Shown: in pieces, positions 12,801-25,475 of the stretch
How positions within the stretch are numbered: position 1 is the first letter of the stretch
Layout of the letters: each line of letters begins with the position of its first letter
Assembly: GCA_964016885.1 (NCBI GenBank)
Contig: OZ024740.1
Span: 34,720,001 to 34,784,000 of the forward strand
Source: Eledone cirrhosa
Taxonomy: Eukaryota
Length of the DNA stretch: 64,000 nucleotides
Direction: 5' to 3'
Notes under the pieces: model-generated
Seen by the model: the letters and a program-made list of their open reading frames with translations, nothing else
What the model was told of the DNA's origin: nothing
Databases searched by the model: none
Made by a program: the position numbers and the translations under genes

Positions 12801-15800
12801 CAGACGTTCAGTGGTGTTAGGTTTTTCTGGACAGGGAGTCAATATTTTAGTGGTGTACAAGCTACTGTAAACAGATGTCCAGTGGCATTAGTTTGGTCTG
12901 GACAGGAAGTCAATATTTTAGTGGTGTACCAGCTATTGTAAACACACGTTCAGTGGGATTAGTTTGGTCTGGACAGGAAGTCAATATTTTAGTGGAGTAC
13001 CAGCAACTGTAAACACACGTTCAGTGGGATTAGTTTGGTCTGGACAGGAAGCCAATATTTTAGTGGTGTACAAGCTACTGTAAACAGAGGTCCAATGGGA
13101 TTAGTTTGGTCTGGGCAGGAAGTCAATATTTTAGTGGTGTACCAACTATTGTAAACAGATTCCAGTGGCATTAGTTTGGTCTGGACAGGAAGTCAATATT
13201 TTAGTGGAGTACTAGCTATTGTAAACAGATGCCCAGTATGATTAGTTTCGTCTGAGCAGGAAGTCAATATTTTAGTGGCGTACCAGCTATTGTAAACACA
13301 CGTTCAGTGGGATTAGTTTGGTCTGGACAGGAAGTCAATATTTTAGTGGAGTACCAGCAACTGTAAACACACGTTCAGTGGGATTAGTTTGGTCTGGACA
13401 AGAAGTCAATATTATAGTGGTGTACCAGCCACTGTAAACACACGTTCAGTGGGATTAGTTTGGTTTGGACAGGAAGTGAATATTTTTGTGATGTACCAGC
13501 TATTGTACACAGACGTTCAGTGGGATTAGTTTAGTTTGGGCAGGAAGTGAATATTTTAGTGGTGTACCAGCTATGGTAAACAGACGTTCAGTGGGATTAG
13601 TTTAGTTTGGACAGGAAGTGAATATTTTGGTGGTGTACCAGCTATTGTAAACTGACGTTCAGTGGTATTAGTTTGGTCCTGGCAGGAAGTGAATATTTTA
13701 GTGGTGTACCAGCTATTGAAAACATACGTTCAGTGGGATTAGTTTCGTCTGGACAGAAAGTCAATATTTTAGTGGTGTACCAGCTATTGTAAACAGATGT
13801 CCAATGGGATTAGTTTCGTCTGGGAAGGAAGTCAATATTTTAGTGTTGTACCAGCTATTGTAAACAGACGTTCAGTGGGATTAGTTTCGTCTGGGCAGGA
13901 AGTCAATATTTTAGTGGTGTACCAACTACTGTAAACAGAGGTCCAATGGGATTAGTTTGGTCTGGGCAGGAAATCAATATTTTAGTGGTGTACCAGCTAC
14001 TGTAAACAGATGTCCAGTGGCATTATTTTGGTCTGGACAGGAAGTCAATATTTTAGTGGAGTACCAGCAACTGTAAACACACGTTCAGTGGGATTAGTTT
14101 GGTCTAGACAAGAAGTCAAGATTTTAGTGGTGTACCAGCTACTGTAAACAGATGTCCAGTGGGATTAGTTTAGTTTGGACAGGAAGTGAATATTTTAGTG
14201 GTGTACCAGCCATTGAAAACATAGGTTCAGTGGGGTTAGTTTTGTCTGGACAGGAAGTCAATATTTTATTGGTGTACCAGCTATTGTAAACAGATGTCCA
14301 GTGGGATTAGTTTGGTCTGGGCAGGAAGTCAATGTTTTAGTGGTGTACCAGCTATTCTAAACCCACGTTCAGTGGGATTAGTTTGGTCTGGACAGGAAGT
14401 GAATATTTTAGTGGTGTACCAGCTATTGTAAACATACGTTCAGTGGGGTTAGTTTCGTCTGGACAGGAAGTCAATATTTTGGTGGTGTACCAGCTATTGT
14501 AAATAGATCTCCAATGGCATTAGTTTGGTCTGGACAGGAAGTCAATATTTTAGTGGAGTACCAGCAACTGTAAACACACGTTCAGTGGGATTAATTTGGT
14601 CTGGACAGGAAATCAATATTTTAGTGGAGTACCAGCAACTGTAAACAGACGTCCAGTGGGATTAGTTTGGTCTGGACAGGAAGTCAATAGTTTAGTGGTG
14701 TACCAGCTATTGTAAACAGACGTTCAGTTGGATTAGTTTGGTCTGGGCAGGAATTGAAAATTTTTGTGGTGTACCAGCTATTGTAAACAAACGTTCAGTG
14801 GGATTAGTTTGGTCTGGGCAGGAAGTGAATATTTTAGTAGTGTACCAGCTATTGTAAACAGATGTCCAGTGGGATTAGTTTGGTCTGGACAGGATATGAA
14901 TATTTTAGTGGTGTACCAGCTATTGTAAACATGTTCATTGGAATTAGTTTGGTCCTGGCAGGAAGTGAATATTTTAGTGGTGTACCAGCTATTGTAAACA
15001 GATATCCAGTGGGATTAGTTTGGTCTGGACAGGAAGTGAATATTTTAGTGGTGTACCAGCTATTGTAAACAGATATCCAGTGGGATTAGTTTGGTCTGGA
15101 CAGGAAGTGAATATTTTAGTGGTGTACCAGCTATTGTAAACTGATGTTCAGTGGTATTAGTTTGTTCCTGGCAGGAAGTGAATATTTTAGTGGTGTACCA
15201 GCTATTGAAAACATACGTTCAGTGGGGTTAGTTTTGTCTGGACAGGAAGTCAATATTTTAGTGGAGTACCAGCAACTGTAAACACACGTTCAGTGGAATT
15301 AGTTTCGCATGGGCAGGAAGTCAAAATCTTAGTGGAGTACCAGGTATTGTAAACAGATGTCCAATGGGATTAGTTTCGTCTGGGCAGGAAGTCAATATTT
15401 TAGTAGTGTACCAGCTGTTGTAAACAGATGTCCAGTGACATTAGTTTGGTCTGGACAGGAAGTTAATATTTTAGTGGAGTACCAGCAACTGTAAACACAC
15501 GTTCAGTTGGATTAGTTTGGTCTGGACAGGACGTCAATATTTTAGTTGTGTACCAGCTACTGTAAACAGATGTCCAGTGGGATTTGTTTGGTCTGGGCAG
15601 GAAGTCAATATTTTAGTGGTGTACCAGTTACTGTAAACAGAGGTCCAGTGGGATTAGTTTGGTCTGTCAAGAAGTCAATATTTTAGTGGTGTACCAGCTA
15701 CTGTAAACAGACGTCCAGTGGGATTAGTTTGGTCTGGGCAGGAAGTTAATATTTTAGTAGTGTACCAGCTATTGTAAACAGATGTCCAGTGGGATTAGTT

Positions 15801-15912
15801 TGGTCTGGACAGGAAGTGAATATTTTAGTGGTATACCAGCTATTGTAAACAGATATCCAGTGGGATTAGTTTGGTCTGGACAGGAAGTCAATATTTTAGT
15901 GGTGTACCAGCT
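6892..15912. repeat. Intronic satellite, 71-bp monomer, about 127 copies, with higher-order repeats
   Basis: Consensus GTGGTGTACCAGCTATTGTAAACAGATGTCCAGTGGGATTAGTTT(C/G)GTCTGG(A/G)CAGGAAGTCAATATTTTA; period 6892->6963 = 71. Confidence 0.98.
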
Positions 15913-16004
15913 ACCCCCAGAAAGCTAATCAAAATATTCCAATATATTTTCATACAGAAATGTCTAAGTTTATAAAGTTTACATGTTTTTTTTTGTATTA
16001 TCAG

Positions 16005-16145
16005 TGTAGCTATGACAACTGCACAGAAAACGGGAATTGCCTTTGCCTTCACTCAATCTATGGTATATTTGTATTATGCTACTACATTTTATGTTGGAGG
16101 TGTATTTATCACAAACTGTGACATGGTCTACGTTGATGTAGTAAA
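16005..16145 (+). CDS. ABCB1: ABCB1-like exon (TM11 region)
   Basis: ttatcag|...|gtaag; 141 bp; VAMTTAQKTGIAFAFTQSMVYLYYATTFYVGGVFITNCDMVYVDVVK resembles GITFSFTQAMMYFSYAGCFRFG. Confidence 0.92.
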
Positions 16146-16204
16146 GTAAGTGGTTTTCATTTTATTATCTGCAATGAATTTGGGGGTAAATAGATTATAT
16201 AGTG

Positions 16205-16325
16205 AAGGCGCGTGGCTGAGTGGTAATAGAATTGGATTCACAATCGTGAGTTTATAAGTTCGATTCCTGGACTGGGCGATGCGTTATGTCCTTGACCAAG
16301 ACACGTTGCTCCTTCTACTTGGAGT
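16205..16325 (+). mobile_element. tRNA-derived SINE head of a second family (related copy 27795-27920)
   Basis: A-box gtggctgagtggt, B-box gttcgattcc, then tgtccttga.caagacac. Confidence 0.7.
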
Positions 16326-16442
16326 TGCAACCGATAGATAGTATTAGCAATTGGAAAGACCAATGGAAACCTTGTTTCCTCGGTCCTATTTGACGAAAGT
16401 CGATCGACTATATATAGATTATATTTAGAATGAAGCAATCAG

Positions 16443-16660
16443 GGCGGTGGATTGGCAGTATAGGTAGAGTATCGAACAACATAATTTGCGACATATACTT
16501 ACGTCCCTTTACGTTCTGAGTTCAAACCACTCTGAGGTTATTTTTGCCTTTCATCCTTACGGGGGTCGATTAAATAAAGTACCAGTAACCCCCTGTAGTT
16601 GATTTAATCGACATCCACTTTCCTTTCAAATTGCTGGCCTTGTGTCAAAAACAAAACAGT
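16443..16660 (+). mobile_element. tRNA-derived SINE, full length
   Basis: ggcggtggattggcagta...gagttcaaa...gcctttcatccttacggggtcgat...ggccttgtgtc. Confidence 0.85.
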
Positions 16661-16725
16661 TATGAATTAAGCTATAAGCTTTCTGTAGTGTGGAGTTATC
16701 AACCGCACCATTTTAAGACCACTAT

Positions 16726-16940
16726 AGGGTGGTGGATTGGTAGTATCGGTAGAGGGTCGGACGCCATGCTTTGCAGCATAGAGTTACGGCCCTTTATGAT
16801 CTGAGTTCAAATCCTACCGAGGTTAACCTTGCCTTTCATCCTTGGGGGGTCGATGAAATAAAGTACCAGTAACGCACTGGAGTCGGTTTAATCGACTTAC
16901 CCCTTCTCCCAAATTGCTAGCCTTGTGCCTATATAAGAAA
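16726..16940 (+). mobile_element. tRNA-derived SINE with target-site duplication
   Basis: Family consensus flanked by accattttaagaccactat at 16707-16725 and 16940-16958. Confidence 0.9.
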
Positions 16941-17417
16941 CCATTTTAAGACCACTATGAAAATTACATAATTAAGGAAAGTTTACGTTAAATTCCAGTA
17001 GAAATTCGAATACTTAAAGATAAAAAATATGGACGGGAGGAAATCTTCCAGAAAATTATCTATCTGCCTGCCTGCTTGTCCATCCATCCATCCATCCATC
17101 TACAATTGACAATTCCAATTCAATTTACTAGACTATCACTTTTTCTCTCCTTTGCATTTCCTGACGTGTCTATAATTCCCTAATTTATCAACGCCCAGTT
17201 AATCTACATGCACCAAATAAGGTTGAACATTCTAGTTGCTAAGAATAATCATCCGTCTCTACATAAATCATGCAAACATACACTTTCAATTTGTAAGATA
17301 ACAGTATGTATATATGTATTCGTAACTCCTGATTGAGTTGTGAGGGCGCCGTAGGGACATTTAAACCGGTGGAGCCCATTCTTCTCCAAGTCTGAACACA
17401 GCCGATTTCTTCCAAAA

Positions 17418-17448
17418 AGAGAGAGGGAGAGAGAGAAAGAGAGTGAGA

Positions 17449-17516
<68 letters not shown>
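17418..17516. repeat. (GA)n microsatellite; the adjacent ~100 bp (17320-17417) has an inverted relative at ~46050-46170
   Basis: Direct reading. Confidence 0.9.
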
Positions 17517-17519
<3 letters not shown>

Positions 17520-17920
17520 TGTATGTGTGTCTGCGTGTAAGAGAAACAAGAGATATAGAAGAAGAATCGACACCAGTACTTTTTTTTAGCCAACAACTTA
17601 GCCAAATTAAACTCAAACTCAGAGCACAAAGAGCCGAAACAAATACTGCAAAGTATTCTGTCCGCCATTGTAATGCCTCTGCCAATTCTCCACCTAATAT
17701 AACAATAACCGGTAATATACCTTATATAGAAATTTTTTTACTTTCTCTTGGGGATTTCGCTAATGTTTGACCCTGATAAGCAAGAAATGAAATTTTGGTA
17801 TGTGTTTTCTGATTGAAAATTGCATTCACTGATTAATACCTTATTGATCTCTCGCCTTAATTATCTATTCATTAAATAATTACCTATTCATTAAATAATT
17901 ACCTATTCATGAATTTTCAG

Positions 17921-18077
17921 AGTCATGTTAATTATGGTTATAGCAACAGTAATATTAGGAATTAATACCTCAATGGGCCCGAATTTTGCAGAAGTCAAAA
18001 TTTCCGCAGCTAGAATAATGAAATTGCTTGAGGAACTGCCTAGTATAGAAGACGAGTTAGGATGTGGAGAAAGACCA
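17921..18077 (+). CDS. ABCB1: ABCB1-like exon (TM12 and linker)
   Basis: ttttcag|...|gtgag; 157 bp; VMLIMVIATVILGINTSMGPNFAEVKISAARIMKLLEELPSIEDELGCGERP resembles [28 protein letters not shown]. Confidence 0.92.
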
Positions 18078-18392
18078 GTGAGTATTTTGTAAAAATTCCC
18101 TTTTTTCTTTGCTGCTAACCTTGAGTTTTTATATTTTTACCTTTTCAGTTTGCTACTAACCTTGAATTTTAACATATACTTTTACCAACCTTTTTAATTG
18201 TTAGTTATTATGTGGATACAATTCATAGAGTAATTAGAAGAACTTAGCGCAAAGAAACTGTTAAAACAGCAAAATGCCAACAATGAGTAAAAGTTAAGGA
18301 TATCAGCGGCTAGAAGTGTATTAGCCCGTAGAAATGATAGGAAGAAATGTTTGATTACTCTGCCCCCTCGACCCGCCCAGGAATAAGCGGGC

Positions 18393-18453
<61 letters not shown>

Positions 18454-18454
<1 letters not shown>

Positions 18455-21391
18455 CTTTCTTTATTAACCACAAGGGTTTACCTAAAGTAGACATTAAGTA
18501 CAGTACAGGACAATACAGGACGGTACAAATGGGCATTTCTGCGTGTAAAAAAAACAGAGGATGTAATAAAAAATAACAATGAAAAATTCCCCAATAGTAG
18601 GGAGACTTCCGAAGGACATTTGTGGAAAAAGCCCATTAAAAGGCCACAGTGACCCTGACCACCAGGGCAAGTGCCCTCTCCCAGTTTTCCACCTTTAATT
18701 TACAGACACATACTCAGAGCCATTCTTGCCTCTCTCACCCATCTTTCAACAAAATGCTGGGAAGAGAGCACTTCCCTCTCTACCCTGATTTTCCTTTTCA
18801 AATGAAATTGGAAAAAGTTAATCAGGGCATCACCGAAGAGGTAAGTGCTCGTCTTCAGCCCTTTCAAACGTGTCCACCATACTATCTCTTTCGCCATGGC
18901 AACCAGACAGATAAAAACTGCCTGCCCTTCTCGGCTAAAGGAAGAGGGCGGGGCAATCCTCACGATGGACTCAGCTGATAGCTGGATCCGTCCTACACGC
19001 GACAGCAGGTGTTCGAGATAAACCCACAAGTCAGCAATGCTCGGACACTGGACGAGTGAGTGCAGGACGGTTTCGTCGCCCTGAGAGCATCTCGGACATG
19101 CCCGGCTGACGGCACCTCCATGCGTGTAGAGTTTATCCCGAACTGGCAAAGCTCCTCGGTAGCACTGCCAGGCCAGGGATTTCTGGAAGTTGTCCATAGG
19201 TCCCGGCCCGAAAGTTCTTCCGAAGAGATTGGCTAGTTGATTTTCGTCGACGCCTCGAGTTTCCCCAAGTACGTCGTCGCTCTTCCTCTCCACTAATCTT
19301 CTATAGAACGCCAAGGTGGAGTTTCCACCGATCACATTGCCCGATTGGTCGAGGGCTGTGAGCGCCTGAAGTCTTCGCTTGACCCAGGACTGCAGCTCCG
19401 TCAAGGAGACGAGCTGGGGAAAGACGCGTCTAGCAAACGGCGACCACACCTGATCACCGTCGAGGAAGAGGTGGAGATCTTGTATCCTGAGCGCGTGTCT
19501 GCGCATCATCAGCCACGGCATGCCCAGCCCTCCACGTAGCGGGTGTTGACAGCAAATGGATTGCCTGACCATCTAGCGCGTCCCTTCCACAAAAAGCGAA
19601 AGAGCAAACGCTCCAGCGCACTCAGGCGAGGCTTAGGACAAAGTCCGACGGTCAGGCGGTAGTAGATGACGGACGCGATGTACGTGTTAGCCACCTCCGC
19701 TCGAACTTTCAGAGATAGCTTCCTCTCCACCCATTTCTGGGGGAGAGAAGCCACCCTGCTCGTCATCTCGTCCCAGTTTTTGTCCGTCTGGAGGTCCGGA
19801 CCGAAGCAGACCCCTAGCAATTTAACCGGTCCGTCCGTCCAGCGCCCGACGACGCTGTTGGACGGCATGGACCTGCCTCTCCAGGTGCCGAGCTGCAGGC
19901 CCACTGACTTTTCCTGGTTGATCATTGCTCCTGTCACCGCTTCGTATTCTCTTAGTGTAGTGCCGATCGCCTCGATGTGTTTGGCGTTCGACACCACTAC
20001 GATGATATCGTCCCCAAATACTGACACGGATCTTACGAATCCTAGTTCGCGCGGGATCCCCCTCAACGTCTCCATTTTGTGCAGTAATAGTTCGAGAGTC
20101 AATACGTACAATAGGGACGAGAGGGTACATTCTTGGCGGACCGAGCGCATGATGTTGAACGGTTCCGAAAGGTGACCGTTCACTCTCACCACAGAGCAGA
20201 TGTCGCTGTGCATGGCAGCGATCCAGCCTCTGAAGACGGGCCCAAAGCCAGCCGCTCTCAGGACTGCCGCTAGGTAACGATGATCGACCCTATCGAAAGC
20301 TTTCGACTGATCGAAATTGATCAAGGACCCACCCGTGCCAGGTTCGCTGGCTACCCTCTCCACGATGTATCACATGAGGTGGAGGTTGTCGTGGATAGAT
20401 CTGTCGGGAATGGCGCATGTCTGCGCCTCTCCCACCAGACCACCAACGACAAGCGCCAACCTCTTTGCTAGCACCTTGACCAAAATCTTGAACTCTGTGT
20501 TTAGCAGAGTTATGGGCCTGAAATTATCTATGTTATCCCCTTGTTCGGATCTTTTCTCATCAGCGCCACCCCTCCTCGGCTCACAGAGCTGAGAATTCTC
20601 CCGTTCTGTTGCCAGTTGCAGTAGACGTCGGCCAAGAGGCTTCCGAACAAGTCTGGAATCTGTACGTAAAGTTCGTAGGGCAGACCATCCAAACCAGGCG
20701 ATTTACCCCTTGTGCAGCCAGTCATTGCTTCCCGTACTTCAGTGGCTGTTATCGGCTTTTTTGCAACACTCCGCCTGAGTGGCCGAGAGCCACGGCAGTT
20801 CGTCGAGGTAGGCACTAAAGTCCATGCCTCGATCCGGCCCGCCGCTGCCCCCGAACAGCTGAACGAAGTGTCGCTGAAAAGCTTCACACATTTTCCCGGG
20901 ATCGAGTAGCATGCGCCCGTCGGGTTCCAAAAAGACTGGATCGTGGCTTTGTTTCCACGACGCGCCTCCGCCACTCGGGCCCAATGAACAGTTTTCGTCC
21001 CCTCGTGTCTGACAGCACGCATCCTAGCTCTGACAACGCAGCCTTCGTGCTTTGCATTGAAGAATTGGTCAAGAGCCAATTTCGCCGCAAGCACGTCGGT
21101 CGCGATGCCTTTGCTAAGCGCCTCGTCTAATTTTCTAACTAGTTCTCCCTCTGCTCTATTTTTCTCTATTGCTAAAGCCTTACTAAACCTAATGGACTCT
21201 ATTCTAATCGCTCTTTTCAGAGCAAACCACCATTTGTTGTTGAGGAAGGCCCCCGTCAACGCCCGTTTAACTAGTTTGCTAATCCGGTTTCTGTAGGCCT
21301 TACGTGCTGTTAATGACGCGTTTAGCTTTCAGTAGCCGGGTCCCTGTCTATGAAGCCTATCTAAGTCAACCTCACAGATCACGAATTTGTG
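18454..21391 (-). mobile_element. L1/Tx1-type LINE family A, 5'-truncated (end of APE, RT, C-terminal Cys domain), frameshifted
   Basis: GPGYWKLN, GKSPGLDGLPYE, NFRPITLLN, DQSKAFDRVDH, CPRC..ETVLHSLVQC; tail (AAT)n at 18393-18453. Confidence 0.93.
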
Positions 21392-21860
21392 GACCTGATA
21401 TAATAGACCTGATATAATACTGAAGGACTTTAAAAAGAGGGTATGCCTGCTAATTGATATGTCCGTTCCAATAGACAAGAATGTATCGATAAAAACATTT
21501 GAAAAATTGAGCAAGTATAAGGACCTGGAGATAGAAATTGGAAAAATGTGGGAGTTGAGAACTAAAACAATACCAGTGGTTGTAGGCGCTCTAGGAATGA
21601 TACCTAAGGGGACTAATGATTACTTATCGCAAATCCCAGGAAACCCGCGTATAGAAGAAATAAAAAAGATATTACTAATGGGAACTGTCCATATACTAAG
21701 GAAGATCCTGTCAATATAAGTACATCACAGTTCTAAACACCTAAAGATGCATGTGTGTGTATGTATGTTCTTTCTTGAACATGGCGGACCTTGTTGTCTC
21801 TTGAGGTCACTGGTTGTGACTTGATGATAACTCGTATGAACATAAAGCAAGGTAAGTGAA
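21392..21860 (+). mobile_element. Third R4/Dong copy (RLE end + 3' UTR), fused to the Tx1 5' truncation
   Basis: Near-identical to 3671-4120; ORF 21459-21719. Confidence 0.92.
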
Positions 21861-21954
21861 ATAATCTATATAATAAAGTAAGAAGTGCGGGACTGCGTAC
21901 GGTTTATTTCTTTTAAACCAGTTAGTAATATCAGTTGGAGTACTTTGAGTAAAT

Positions 21955-22136
21955 AATTGTTTCTACTTTAGGCACAAGGCCAGCAATTACCCAGTGCATT
22001 ACTGGTACTTTATTTTATCGACCCCGTAAGGATGAAAGGCAAAGTCAACCTCAGCGGGATTTGAACTCAGATCGTAAAGGGACGTAACTATGCTGGAAAG
22101 CATGGCGTCCGACCCTCTACCGATACTGCCAATCCA
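21955..22136 (-). mobile_element. tRNA-derived SINE
   Basis: Family consensus. Confidence 0.85.
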
Positions 22137-22843
22137 ATGAATATTACATGATTTATGTACATAATTTATGCACTAAATGTTGATTAAATTTAATATAAAT
22201 AATTTTATTGCTTATTTAAAATTGACTTCTTTTCAAAGTTTCAAATCTCTACACTTCTGGTATATCGTCGCCACCACCACCACTTCATTTACCATATATA
22301 TAGAAAGAGGGAGTGTGTGTTGAGAGAGATACTGATAGAGTGATTTTGATTGTCAACGCGCTGACGCGTATGTATGTGTATGTGGACATACATACATCTA
22401 TATGTATGAGTATATAACTATTATGAGTATATAACTATAATCGCGCAAACACAAACTTACAAAAATACTCGCTCACGGACATACATTCACACAAATACAC
22501 ATACTTTCACACATATACATTTACACAAACACACTTTCACACATATACATTTACACAAACACACACATACAGTCATACAGTCATGATAGCGTTCGGTGAA
22601 TTGGAAATGGGAGAATAAAATGAAGTACAACTTTTTATTTATTTATTAACAACACAGTTTAACTCCTTAAAAAAAAACTCATTTGTATAAACATATAATG
22701 CTTACAGAACGAAAACACTAGCAAATATAATATATACAAAGGAAAGGGAAAGGAAAAAAGAAAGAGAAAAATACACAATCACGTAATACACACATCTTAG
22801 ACCACAGAACAATATGCAGGAGAAAGAGTGGTAAAACGAGCCG

Positions 22844-23345
22844 CTACAAGAGCAAAAGATAGCAATGTAGCGAGGAACACTGGGAAACCTCTCTAATAAT
22901 TTTTGAGGCAGCCAGCACGCTCACAGCGTTACCTGGGGTGATGGCGAGGCTGAGGTGCTGGAACAACCAAGAGCCCTCACGAGCATCACCAGTTACCTCT
23001 ATTTGGTGAGCCGCCAGTGAAGATAAGAACCTCGCTGTCAGTAGCCCGACTCCTCGAAACGTCTCAAACGCCACAGGCTGGATAATGTAGTTAGCTGACA
23101 GAACACGGTATTTTAGGATTTTGTTTGGTTCAGCTGCGGATGCTGTAGCTCTCGCCCTTGCCTCTGCATCCAGAATGTGGGAAGAGGCAAAAGAGTCATT
23201 AACTGTGACGTCCCAGGTAAGGCACCTGCCTCTTGACCAGGGGCACAGAGTAAGGCCGCCAAGTCTTTTCCCATCAATTCTGGACAACCCAGACGGTTCC
23301 AAAATTGAGGGGATGTTTGCTCGGGCCAAAGCTCTTGAGTGGTAA
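22844..23345 (-). mobile_element. CRE-like non-LTR retrotransposon 3' fragment (RLE domain)
   Basis: ALARANIPSILEPSGLSRIDGKR.GLTLCPWSRGRCLTWDVTV..AAE..KILKY..QPVAFETF. Confidence 0.8.
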
Positions 23346-23402
23346 TAGGACAGTGTGTGTATGTGCGCGTGCATGAGTTTGTCAGCGTTCTTAAATTAGA
23401 GA

Positions 23403-23442
<40 letters not shown>

Positions 23443-23569
23443 ACTGTTTTTAAGTTAGACATATATATGTGTGTATCCCTTTCCTTCCTTTTACACACAA
23501 ACATTCATACAAATACACATACACATTGTGTGATGGCCGGGTGAACAGAAGTCCCTCAAATTTATATAC

Positions 23570-23750
23570 ATGTAAATTGAGCTCTATTGAAGCAGTTAGA
23601 GAAGTTCAAGTATCTTGGAGCCGTGTTCACGAGTAATGGAATGCAGGAGGCTGAATTAAGTGCAAGAATTGCAAAAGCTGATGCAGTAATGCGCCAGTCT
23701 CAGCATTCAGCAATCAGAAGAAAGGGGTAGGTGTAAAAGCCAAGCTGCCG
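23570..23750 (+). mobile_element. RTE-like RT fragment
   Basis: LKQLEKFKYLGAVFTSNG..EAELSARIAKA. Confidence 0.6.
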
Positions 23751-24024
23751 AAAATGGGTGCGAATGCCTGTGCCTCGGAGATTCTGGTTTCGCTGATGGA
23801 CACCACATCTATGTTTAGTGGCCTGAGATCGTTGAGCCGTTGAGCAGGTTGGAGGGTGCAATTTTGGTCGTCTGTATGTAGTTTGTTCTTGTGATGTTGG
23901 TGTGGTGTTGTTGGAGGTGATGATGGGGAAGATGATAATGGTGGCGGTGGTGGTGATGGTGGTGGTGGTGGCGGTAGTGGTGTTGGTGATGGTGTTGGTG
24001 GTTGTGGGTGTGTGTGGCAGGGCT

Positions 24025-24360
24025 ATGGGTGCCGTCTGGGCACAGAAAACCTACATAGCCCGAGGATCGAAGTATGGCACAGTGGATGTTCTCTTCGCTA
24101 CACCCGAAGAAGCCAGAACACACTCCATTACGCCACTCCGTAGTGACGAAATAGTAATTGTTTCTATTTTAGGCACAAGGCCAGCAAAAACCCAGTACAT
24201 TACTGGTACTTTATTTTATCAACCCCCGTAAGGATGAGAGGCAAAGTTAACCTCGGCGGGATTTGAACTCAGATCATAAAGGGACGTAACTCTATGCTTC
24301 AAAGCATGGAGTGTCCGACTCTCTACCGTAGTGACGAAATAGTAATGATGCCTACATAGA
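24025..24360 (+). mobile_element. Tx1-type ORF1 fragment interrupted by a minus-strand SINE (24157-24328)
   Basis: YIARGSKYGTVDVLFATPEEARTHSITPLRSDEIV|MMPT resembles ORF1 YIERSRQYGTISVLFKSEALAMKHAMTPCKTSKVIMYP (~53950); duplication ccgtagtgacgaaatagtaat at 24138-24158 and 24326-24346. Confidence 0.7.
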
Positions 24361-24467
24361 TGTTCGGTTTGGAGATCTGTAGAGAAATGTTTGCAAGGAA
24401 AACCTGAGCGAGGAAAGGATTCATAAAATTATATATTGAAACATTGCCACCTCAGCTTCTATCCTTT

Positions 24468-24834
24468 TACACACACAGGCACACATACATCACTCATGAA
24501 CAGACACAGATACATACGGACATACATAGACACACATACACAGACACACATATACAGATACATACACACATACAGATATACACACACACATACATATACA
24601 CATGCATACACAGACACACATACACACACACATATACACAGGCACACAGACATACAGAAACAGACACACACCTACACACATATGTACACATGCACACACA
24701 CACACATACACAGACACACTGGTACACGAAGACATACACAGACATGCATACATGCGCACATACAGAGACACATATATGCACACACATACACATATACACA
24801 GACACACACACATACACAGGCAAAAACACACACA
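24468..24834. repeat. Degenerate (CA/TA)n low-complexity tract
   Basis: Direct reading; source of spurious HT/CV ORFs. Confidence 0.9.
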
Positions 24835-25475
24835 TTTCTTTTGCTCGATCAAATTAAACTTCGACATTTTTCAGTTAATCAAGTATTATTTCATTTCATT
24901 CGCACACAGATATACTTCACTACCTATGTACTTCTCTGTAATATATATTCTACTTTCTATTTATATGAAGTATTTCATTTTATCCTGAATCACTCTCTTC
25001 CTTATTAACACCTCCTTGTACCCACCAAACCCCTTTTCTTTAATCAAGTCTGGACACACATTCTTCTTACACTTCTTAAAATTTGAAACAAACAATCAGA
25101 GAACCTCTTTAAGAGACACATACGCACATACACAGACAGACTTATAAAGCTGTTGTAAAGTCAACTATTCTTCTAGTCGCCACTATCCATATATGAGAAG
25201 TAAACAGCAGAGAAGATTCTAAGTCCAATAAGACATCCTCTTCAATGCTGGTACCACGATAAAACTACAAGGACAGATTTTTCTCTGGTTGTAGGTTCAA
25301 TGTCTTAGCTGGTTTCGCACCAGCACCTGACTTACGAGTGCTTTTCGTAGTGATCACTCTACAGGTGTGAGGATCATAAGATAGCCTGATGATCTGGTTC
25401 CTAATACAATCAAGCTGTATATGGATTCTGATAGTTTCTTATTACACATAGAAAAAGGTGTGAGTACCAAAGGTA

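Noticed and set aside
6892-15912. Satellite as a CRISPR array, repeat-protein gene or hammerhead-bearing satellite
   Set aside because: No unique spacers or cas genes, and the context is eukaryotic. The 71-bp period is not a multiple of 3, so its ORFs are by-products. The minus strand has GACGAAAC but no CUGANGA core.
16205-16940. tRNA genes
   Set aside because: A/B boxes belong to multi-copy SINE heads; no cloverleaf
24436-25008. Long His/Thr- or Cys/Val-rich ORFs (also 17239-17770, 31793-32164, 37236-41209)
   Set aside because: Translations of CA/GA/TA microsatellites
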